A stretch of 33,934 nucleotides of DNA from an uncultured Candidatus Saccharibacteria bacterium (lineage in GTDB: Bacteria; Patescibacteriota; Kazan-3B-28; UBA10110), in contig CAYGXX010000002.1 of NCBI GenBank assembly GCA_964354145.1, positions 1-33,934 of the forward strand. The letters run 5' to 3'. Position 1 is the first letter of the stretch. Each line of letters opens with the position of its first letter. The translations under genes were made by a program, and so were the position numbers. Below the pieces are notes generated by a model. That model was not told the origin of the DNA and did no database searches. It worked only from the letters and a program-made list of their open reading frames with translations. Positions 9,056-15,785 of the stretch are shown here, piece by piece.

Positions 9056-10561
9056 TTAAGATGGTTTACGGCGCCGGGGCTTGCTCCGGCGAGGCGGGCG
9101 AGGAGAAGAGGGTCCTTTACTGGACTTAATCTTAATATTAACGGGCCCCGGCAACAGGGGCACCAGGAGTTCTTGCCCGGCAGAGAGCCGATAAGGCCAC
9201 TTTAAGTGATTGAGGGCAATAATGTCTCTCTCGCTTACTCCAACAAACTCCGCCACAGTTTTGACACTATCCCCCGCTTCGGCGATCACTGGCTCTAAGC
9301 CGCTTTCTGTCATTCCGACCAACCCTTTTGTCATTATAGGAAAGCTAACCCCTCCTCTCCTCCCCTTATATAAGGGGAGGTTGGGTGGGGTTACGGATTT
9401 TCCGCGGCGTTCTTCTTTGGTTAATTGCCCTTGCGGGATTAAGAGAATATCTCCCGCCATTAAGTCATAGGGCCACTTCAATAAATTAAATTTGGCGATC
9501 TTTTTAGGATTCACCTCATAAATACTGGCGATCATAGTCAGGGTTTCGCCCTTTTTCACCCGGTGCTCTAAAGTTTTAGTATTCAGGCGCTGGCGAATCA
9601 TAATCCATAGCCAGAACTTACGCACTAGCAACAAGAGAGCCAATCCTATCAACCACCAGAGGATAGTCATCCAAGGAATCAGCCAGAAAACATAGCGCAC
9701 ATCCTGATATTCGTCTTTGATATAATTGCCCTGGAAGTCTTCTTCACCATAATGAATCCTGAAATCAACTACAAACCGCCCGAATTTCGGTGGCTTTTTT
9801 TGCCAAGGGATTCTAGCATTGATTTGCCCCCCTCGAAGGATCATCCCAAATTGAGATTTTTTCTGCTCTCCCGCGGAGCCAAAAATCCCCCGTAATTTGA
9901 CATCCGCTTTCGGAGTTAGCTGGACATTGCCGTCATTGTGCATCGTCATCTGAAAGTACAGCACACCTTTATAAATAGTGTGAGTAACATTCTCAACCCG
10001 GAGTGCTCTTATAATATCCCCCGGCACTGTTAAATACAGCCGGGCGGCGACGCGGGTGACCACCGTCAATTGCCCGGCGCTTTTCTTTGTATCAGCAGTA
10101 GCTGTTGTGTCTTCCCAAATTACTACTCCCCCCGGGTGGCTCCCCACATCGGCATTAGCCGGAACTTTCACGGTCAAATCTATGGTTTGCTGGGTCTTGG
10201 GCGGCAAAGTAACACTGGTGCGGCTTAAAGTAGCCCAGGTCCCCACATCCTTATTAGCTTCCACATCTCTCACCAAAGTATAGCCGCCATCTTTAGTCAC
10301 TGCCCCATCCAGCACAGCAACTTTTAAGGCAACTGTGCTATTGCTATGATTCTTAATTAATACCTTATCTCTAATCTCCGTTCCGGGATCAGCCTCGTAA
10401 ACAAACCAAGACCGCAAAACAGGATACTCTTTGGTGGTAGCCGGAAACACGCTAACGCCGTACCCCTCCATAGCAAAAACCCGCACCGGCGCGAAACTGA
10501 GTATAACAAAAGCCAGGATAACCAGCCCCAGTCGGTGGATTGTTGATTGATGCCCCTCCAT
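9056..10561 (-). CDS. DUF916/DUF3324-like surface protein with single TM and C-terminal 2x LysM tail (locus A)
   Basis: Signal peptide, then WFVYEADPGTEIRDKVLIKNHSNSTVALKVAVLDGAVTKDGGYTLV (DUF916-like pattern). Then ARLYLTVPGDIIRAL..YFQMTMHNDGNVQL (DUF3324-like pattern). TM segment VFWLIPWMTILWWLIGLALLLLV followed by RK..RQR. LysM 1 is HRVKKGETLTMIASIY..GDILLIP and LysM 2 is AEAGDSVKTVAEFVGV..GQELLVP. Basic tail PRPPRRSKPRRRKPS. Confidence 0.85.
   Translation of the reverse strand: MEGHQSTIHRLGLVILAFVILSFAPVRVFAMEGYGVSVFPATTKEYPVLRSWFVYEADPGTEIRDKVLIKNHSNSTVALKVAVLDGAVTKDGGYTLVRDVEANKDVGTWATLSRTSVTLPPKTQQTIDLTVKVPANADVGSHPGGVVIWEDTTATADTKKSAGQLTVVTRVAARLYLTVPGDIIRALRVENVTHTIYKGVLYFQMTMHNDGNVQLTPKADVKLRGIFGSAGEQKKSQFGMILRGGQINARIPWQKKPPKFGRFVVDFRIHYGEEDFQGNYIKDEYQDVRYVFWLIPWMTILWWLIGLALLLLVRKFWLWIMIRQRLNTKTLEHRVKKGETLTMIASIYEVNPKKIAKFNLLKWPYDLMAGDILLIPQGQLTKEERRGKSVTPPNLPLYKGRRGGVSFPIMTKGLVGMTESGLEPVIAEAGDSVKTVAEFVGVSERDIIALNHLKWPYRLSAGQELLVPLLPGPVNIKIKSSKGPSSPRPPRRSKPRRRKPS
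9347..9393. repeat. family C palindromic element inserted in frame in a CDS
   Basis: aacccctcctctcctccccttatataaggggaggttgggtggggtta. Nearly identical to 11762-11807. Translated as TPPNLPLYKGRRGGV in the linker between the two LysM domains. Confidence 0.8.
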
Positions 10562-10646
10562 ATTTACCAGTATATCATCTGATAATTCTAATTAGTAAAA
10601 TTTTGGTGAAGAATTATAATTCTCCTCTCCTCTCATAAAAGGTAAC

Positions 10647-10664
10647 CCTTCGACAAGCTCAGGG
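10647..10664. repeat. palindrome ccttcgacaagctcaggg (intergenic copy of the 5236 element)
   Basis: Imperfect inverted repeat in the spacer between the 529-aa and 501-aa genes. Flanked by further GC-rich inverted repeats (gcctcgcccagggcgggcgg). Confidence 0.5.
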
Positions 10665-10732
10665 ATTATTGTCTGAGTGGAGCCTCGCCCAGGGCGGGCG
10701 GAGTCGAAGACATACTTTAATTTTTTAATTAG

Positions 10733-12322
10733 CTATATTGGGAGGGTTATGAGGTCGGAGCGCTGAAAAATCATCGCTATCTTGTCGCTGTAGAGCAGTT
10801 TCCACTCCTCCGGATGCGCCATAAAGTAATCTCGGGATGTCCGGTTAGAAAACACCAGTGCTAACCCCGCATCATAACGACTCAATACATCAGGGGTGGC
10901 TTCCTGATTTTTACCGACGGTTAAATAATCCGCAAAAATATCTTGAGTAGGGGTTTGCCAAACCGCCATCCGCCCGTCAATAAACACCTGCTTTTCGGGT
11001 AATTGCCAGATCAAATATCCTCCCCAGTTATACTCATTAAATAACTTGCCGGCGGGCTGCTTCTCTTTAATATATTGCGCCGCTTGATAAGGATAGCCGG
11101 CAATTCTCCCCCAGGCAGAGGGGTCATAAGTATAGGGCAAGATCTCATAATACCGCAAATAACCTATATATATAATGATGGGCACCAGCCCCACGACCAG
11201 CCAGCGGTTGCGCAGATAATAATAGATGCCCTTAGGAAAAAGCTGGTCAATCATATCTCCCAGCAAGGGCAGGGCGATCAAAGGGAAAAACGGCAAATTG
11301 CGCCAGCTAGTAAGAGATATAACGAAGAAAATTACCGCTAAACCTAACTTGACGACATCCAACCGGCGCCAAGTCCACGGAAGAAGCAGCAACAACCAAA
11401 CGGTATAAATAATCAAATTCTGGCTTTGCGGGTTGGCCCATTGGACGGGATTCCATTCTGAAATTCCAGCGTACACTGCTGGGTTAAATACGGTGCGGAT
11501 AATTTCGTCATATACTCGCCAAGTATAGGGATTGATAAAAGTAACCCCCACCATCAAGGCAATTACTATGGCTAATTCTATTAACTGGCGCACGGTCAGT
11601 ACTGGCCCGATGAGTTTCTTCTTAGAATAATACTGCCAAATGGTTTTGCCGGTTGCCAGAGCCAAAAATACTCCGGCTAGCAACAGACCAGCGACAAATC
11701 CCCCATGCAAATTGACCCAAATTAGCATCAAAGGCACTAGCCAATAGATCCGATGAAAGGCAACCCCTCCTCTCCTCCCCTTAGCAAGGGGAGGTTGGGG
11801 TGGGGTCTTGGTAGATTGATAATACCAAGCGAATAAGAGATAAAGAGTAGCAGCCAATCCCACCAAAGTAATGACTTGGGCCCGGATGCCGACAATCGGT
11901 AGAGCGACCAGCGCCGCCACGAAGGTAATCAGCACCACTACTTCCCATCGGGCTTTAGATACCGCCGCCGACAATAAATAAGCTGCGACCACCAGTCCAG
12001 CAAATAGAGCCGACAAAAACCAAAACCCCAAGTAGTGGCTGCTTAAATACAATCCCACATCCGTTAGCCATTCATGGGAAACCCAAGGGTAACCGAACAT
12101 AGTATAAGAATAAAGATCGCCTCGCGGCACCCCGAAGCGCAAAATATCGGCGCCGTTACGGAGGTGCCAACCTAAATCCGGGTCAGTCGGTGGGCGCATC
12201 AGTATAATCAAAGCTAATACTAAAACCAGACCGCTAAACCACCAGATAATTCTGTCCGGCGCACCTAAGTGGGTTAACTTATTCGTTTTCTGCGGCGGGC
12301 GCAAGGCCCTTAACCTGGACAT
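10733..12322 (-). CDS. polytopic GT-C-type membrane protein with STT3/PglB-like loop motifs (locus A)
   Basis: 529 aa with about 11-13 hydrophobic segments. First external loop DPDLGWHLRNG..HEWL. Later loop GISEWNPVQW. After the last TM, NEYNWGGYLIWQLPEKQVFIDGRM. Paralogue of 20463-22037. Confidence 0.8.
   Translation of the reverse strand: MSRLRALRPPQKTNKLTHLGAPDRIIWWFSGLVLVLALIILMRPPTDPDLGWHLRNGADILRFGVPRGDLYSYTMFGYPWVSHEWLTDVGLYLSSHYLGFWFLSALFAGLVVAAYLLSAAVSKARWEVVVLITFVAALVALPIVGIRAQVITLVGLAATLYLLFAWYYQSTKTPPQPPLAKGRRGGVAFHRIYWLVPLMLIWVNLHGGFVAGLLLAGVFLALATGKTIWQYYSKKKLIGPVLTVRQLIELAIVIALMVGVTFINPYTWRVYDEIIRTVFNPAVYAGISEWNPVQWANPQSQNLIIYTVWLLLLLPWTWRRLDVVKLGLAVIFFVISLTSWRNLPFFPLIALPLLGDMIDQLFPKGIYYYLRNRWLVVGLVPIIIYIGYLRYYEILPYTYDPSAWGRIAGYPYQAAQYIKEKQPAGKLFNEYNWGGYLIWQLPEKQVFIDGRMAVWQTPTQDIFADYLTVGKNQEATPDVLSRYDAGLALVFSNRTSRDYFMAHPEEWKLLYSDKIAMIFQRSDLITLPI
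11762..11807. repeat. family C palindromic element inserted in frame in a CDS
   Basis: aacccctcctctcctccccttagcaaggggaggttggggtggggtc. Translated as TPPQPPLAKGRRGGV in a loop that is ~16 aa shorter in the paralogue (YRFRRGESRHLWYVPL). Confidence 0.8.
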
Positions 12323-13961
12323 CTGGCAATTTACTTAATAATTCGCGGACGCTCGGGATAGTTAAATCATAATAAGCTAAATAACCCACACCTCCCCTTA
12401 AAGTTAATTTAGAGTATGGCTCAGTGGGGACCCCCCCTTTATTGCGAATGATTATCATATAGGAATCGCTCGGCAGTATCTCCAGCTCATCTAATAAAGA
12501 TAGTTGGTGTTGGTAAGCCAGCATCCATTTTTTATTATCCGGATTATATATCCCCCAAGTAGTATGAATATATACTGGATACTCGGGCAGGTAATACTCA
12601 AACTGAGGAAACCCCCAATTGATAAACGGATCGTCTATGCCAATAAGGGAATTTTGGGGATTAAAATTGCTGCGAATATCCGGAATAATGTTACGCCACA
12701 GCACATTACTCCACCCAATCGCAGAATGAGTACCTTTTTGCATATTAATGTTAGTATCCGGCTTAACATAAGTGAAGACATTGAATCCGGCTATGCCCAT
12801 AGCTATCACTACTATCAATTTAGTTATTAATAACGACTTATTGCCTTGAACGTGATAGGCAGCTAACAGCGCCTCAATCAAACCAATAACTGACACCGCG
12901 ACCAAAATAGTCAGGGCTGGCAGCACCAGAAGAAGATACCCCGGGATAGTAAATACCACTATTAGATAGAACAGCATAGCTGGTATAACCCAGAGGACCC
13001 AAAACCAAAGATTAAGCAGATTCAACTTACGCTCGCCAGCTTGCGGAGCCAGCCAAGAAGCCAAGTAAGCTATTGTAGCAATGGCGGCTAACCCGAAGTT
13101 AAGCAGTAAGTTGTTCCAAATTAACTTGCTATACAAAACTAACTTAGCCAGTCCCTTGTCAAATATTGAGAAGCTGTAGAGCCCGGATTTGCCCAAAAGT
13201 ATGCTGCTGAGGGCATGCCAGAACTTGAGCAGTCCGCCGCTTAGCCACATTGCCGGGAGTAGCCAAGCTAAAGTCCCTCCCAGAATAATCAATATACTAA
13301 TAAGTAGCCCCCGGGAGCTGCGCTGGCGCCATATCACCCATAACCACAGCGGCGTCATAAATATCACCAAGGTGGGGCGGAAACCTCCGCCAATAGCCAA
13401 GATCAAACTTGCCCAAAAAAGCGCTTTGTGATCCTTAGTATCAGTGGCGGCGCGATACAAATAGATCCCTGCCCAAGCGGCGAAGAAAGCATCGCAGGCA
13501 TAATTGAGAGCGACTTGCCCGTAAAACCAAAGCAAGGGGCCGGTAACCAATAGAATTATGCTTAACCAAGCTACCCTTTTCCCATAAACCAACTTCGCCA
13601 AATGAAATACCGCATAAAGAGCCAAGACCGAAAAGATAATACTGACTATTACTAATGCTAAATTGGCATCGTGAGTTAGAAAGTAAAAACCTTTAGTAAA
13701 CAATATATATAAAGCGTAGCCCGGTGGATGCGGCTGGTGCAAACTGATATCATAATGGTCCAGGGCCAAGGCATACAGTGCCGAATCAGTGGAATATAAA
13801 TATTCCGATTTGCCAATCCATCGACTAATGATTATCCCCAGCGCCATCACCCCTAACCAATAATTATCTGACCGCACCACGATTGAATTAAATAAGCTCT
13901 GCGGTTTAATCTTCCGCAGACGGGCACGCAACCTTTTGATTTTAGCGATGAGTTTTTTCAT
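12279..13961 (-). CDS. GT-C glycosyltransferase, PMT_2/ArnT/DUF2723 (TMEM260)-like
   Basis: 560 aa with more than 10 TM segments. The first loop has DSALYALALDHYDISLHQPHPPGYALYIL (acidic residue plus HPPGY motif). C-terminal ~150-aa soluble domain. Present only in locus A. Overlaps the next gene by 44 nt. Confidence 0.75.
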   Translation of the reverse strand: MKKLIAKIKRLRARLRKIKPQSLFNSIVVRSDNYWLGVMALGIIISRWIGKSEYLYSTDSALYALALDHYDISLHQPHPPGYALYILFTKGFYFLTHDANLALVIVSIIFSVLALYAVFHLAKLVYGKRVAWLSIILLVTGPLLWFYGQVALNYACDAFFAAWAGIYLYRAATDTKDHKALFWASLILAIGGGFRPTLVIFMTPLWLWVIWRQRSSRGLLISILIILGGTLAWLLPAMWLSGGLLKFWHALSSILLGKSGLYSFSIFDKGLAKLVLYSKLIWNNLLLNFGLAAIATIAYLASWLAPQAGERKLNLLNLWFWVLWVIPAMLFYLIVVFTIPGYLLLVLPALTILVAVSVIGLIEALLAAYHVQGNKSLLITKLIVVIAMGIAGFNVFTYVKPDTNINMQKGTHSAIGWSNVLWRNIIPDIRSNFNPQNSLIGIDDPFINWGFPQFEYYLPEYPVYIHTTWGIYNPDNKKWMLAYQHQLSLLDELEILPSDSYMIIIRNKGGVPTEPYSKLTLRGGVGYLAYYDLTIPSVRELLSKLPDVQVKGLAPAAENE

Positions 13962-14002
13962 CCTTTATTTTGCACTCCTCCTACCCCTCCCCTTACTTTT
14001 CC

Positions 14003-14150
14003 CTGTCATTCCCGCGAAGGCGGGAATCCAGAAAAGAAAATAAACAAAAACTTTTTCTTTTTTCTGTCTGGATCCTCGGGTCCCTGGCCGGGCAGGCAAG
14101 CCCGAGGATGACGAAGTAAGTAATGCTTCGTCAGTTCAGAATGACAGTAA
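14003..14150. repeat. cluster of GTCAT..ATGAC-type palindromic elements (families A and B)
   Basis: ctgtcattcccgcgaaggcgggaatccag (14003-14031), ggatcctcgggt..gcccgaggatgac, and cttcgtcagttcagaatgacag. The 14003 unit recurs at 17137-17168 and, inverted, at 17501-17529. Confidence 0.75.
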
Positions 14151-14213
14151 CACAAGGAAATAGCAAAGTGAGATTAATCATATCTAATGCTATTGTAATG
14201 AATTTACGGATAT

Positions 14214-14239
14214 TAAAAAAGCGCCCACCCTAGGACGCC
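14214..14239 (-). terminator. rho-independent terminator after the locus A small WxL-like gene
   Basis: On the minus strand: GC-rich hairpin gcgtcc-tagggt-gggcgc followed by tttttt, about 30 nt after the stop codon. Confidence 0.6.
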
Positions 14240-14269
14240 TTAGACGATTGAAATTAACCCTACTAAATA

Positions 14270-14863
14270 TTATGACAGCGTGAAGGTCAGAACAGCGGTA
14301 TAATCACCAGTGACTTCCGTTCCGTCGACGGTCAGGTTAATGAATCCATCATCGTACTGGAATACCCCGGAGGCATCATTAGAACCATTAAATACAACGA
14401 TTCCTGTATCGTTGAGAGTGCCATTGGTGCCGTTAGCTACTTGAGTAACGTCAGCATTTGCCACATTAGTGATATTACCCGCTTCTGCATAACAATTAAG
14501 TCTATCAGAATTGATGATGTTGCCAGAAGCATTAAAATTAGTGGCGGTGGCAACTACTCCCCAAGTTGTTGAGGTCCCTCGATAGTCCGTAACTGTCAAG
14601 CCGTTAATATATTCGTTACCAGTAATGTTATTAGGTGTGCCAAAAGGTTGGGCAGCAAATGCCATTGATGCGGGAGCATTCACGATCGTAAAGGCACCCG
14701 ATGTAACATTGAAAGTCAGAGCAGTGTTGTTAACAGTACCGGCATATAATCCGCCGAATGTGGTTATAACCATTAGCCCAGCGACCGCCAAAAGGATACC
14801 GCCAAACAGCTGTTGCCGAACTTGGTTTTCTGCTTTATATAAGATTGTTTGCTTGGAAGCCAT
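14270..14863 (-). CDS. small secreted WxL-like surface protein (locus A)
   Basis: 197 aa. Signal/anchor LFGGILLAVAGLMVITTFGGLYA. SGAFTIVNAPASMAFAAQPFG, then LTVTDYRGTSTTWGVVATATNF, and it ends TGDYTAVLTFTLS-stop. This pattern parallels WxL domains of Firmicutes. Confidence 0.8.
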   Translation of the reverse strand: MASKQTILYKAENQVRQQLFGGILLAVAGLMVITTFGGLYAGTVNNTALTFNVTSGAFTIVNAPASMAFAAQPFGTPNNITGNEYINGLTVTDYRGTSTTWGVVATATNFNASGNIINSDRLNCYAEAGNITNVANADVTQVANGTNGTLNDTGIVVFNGSNDASGVFQYDDGFINLTVDGTEVTGDYTAVLTFTLS

Positions 14864-14913
14864 TTGTTTAGGTATTTTTAAGCTCTTATGAGCTATTTTT
14901 ACATTATTATCTT

Positions 14914-14942
14914 ATTATACCACTATTTTTCACCTTTGTAAA
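14914..14942 (-). promoter_or_regulatory. sigma70-type promoter for the locus A small gene
   Basis: On the minus strand: TTTACA, a 17-nt spacer, then TATAAT (ctttacaaaggtgaaaaatagtggtataataag). Shares the tggtataataa block with the locus B promoter. Confidence 0.6.
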
Positions 14943-15237
14943 GGATTTTTCACTCTCTCGCCCTAAGGATAGGAAAGAGGGATTTTTGCCCTTTTTTAAG
15001 CCCTCTATCGTACCTTTGCTAGCCCACCCCGGAATTGCAGAGGTCAAGAGCCCCATTGGTATGAGGTTCTGGTAAAAAATTATGCTTGTCCTCCGGGCAT
15101 CCAGGACATACTATTTAGTAAAGCTTTTTCGCCAAATAAATTAATAATTGCAACAACTTTAATATATAAGCAACGTAAAATATATGCAACTATTTTATCC
15201 CCATTTGTCAACTTTTATTTTAGGCATCTCCTTTCCT

Positions 15238-15287
15238 GTCATTCTGGCTTGTCCCTGCCCGTCATCCTGAACTCGTTTCAGGATCTC
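15238..15287. repeat. GTCAT-type elements upstream of GIY-YIG gene 1
   Basis: gtcattctggcttgtccctgccc plus the palindrome gtcatcctgaactcgtttcaggatct (15261-15287). Confidence 0.7.
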
Positions 15288-15299
15288 TATAATAGAGGT

Positions 15300-15599
15300 A
15301 TGAGGAAAAGTTATGTCTATATTCTCACCAACAAACCAAGGGGTGTGCTTTATGTTGGTGTTACCAGTAGTCTTATCCAACGATTAGATCAACATAATTC
15401 ATCTGACATTGAATCGTTTACCAAGAAGTATTGGCTTAGACGGTTAGTATATTTGGAAGAGTTTAATTCCGTAATAGATGCCATTGCCAGAGAGAAGCAA
15501 TTGAAGAAATGGCACCGTCAATGGAAAATCAATCAGATTGAGAGTGTCAATCCTAAGTGGAAAGATTTACTAAGAGATGCTGAAACAAGTTCAGCATGA
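15300..15599 (+). CDS. GIY-YIG nuclease family protein (COG2827/URI-domain type), copy 1
   Basis: YVYILTNKPRGVLYVGVTSSLIQRLDQHN...REKQLKKWHRQWKI. The ATG at 15300 (MRKSYVY) is preferred, because the upstream part of the track ORF (from 15249) only translates a palindromic element. The last 8 codons (RDAETSSA) are another palindromic element (15574-15600). Confidence 0.85.
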   Translation: MRKSYVYILTNKPRGVLYVGVTSSLIQRLDQHNSSDIESFTKKYWLRRLVYLEEFNSVIDAIAREKQLKKWHRQWKINQIESVNPKWKDLLRDAETSSA

Positions 15600-15616
15600 C
15601 GGAGAGAGGTGTTTAG

Positions 15617-15692
15617 TGGTCGGGGTGAGAGGACTTGCACCTCCGATCTCCGCGTCCCAAACGCGGCGCCTTAGCTACTGGGCTACACCCCG
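15617..15692 (-). tRNA. tRNA-Pro (anticodon UGG), CCA encoded
   Basis: Manual cloverleaf of 76 nt. Acceptor CGGGGTG/CACCCCG with C1:G72 and A73. Anticodon stem CCGCG/CGCGG. Loop TT-TGG-GA with G37. T stem GGAGG/CCTCT. The D loop lacks GG and the T loop reads TGCAAGT (G at position 55). Confidence 0.85.
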
Positions 15693-15785
15693 TTAACCAT
15701 TCTCATTTTCCCATCATTCTGGCTTTCCGCCAACCGGCAAATATCAGCAAATTAACCGCACTAGCTCATATGATATGATAAAAAC

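Noticed and set aside
15249-15299. Upstream extension of GIY-YIG copy 1 (MSLPVILNSFQDLYNRG)
   Set aside because: The extension only translates the palindromic element gtcatcctgaactcgtttcaggatct. The paralogue starts at the equivalent of MRKSYVY, so the ATG at 15300 is preferred.
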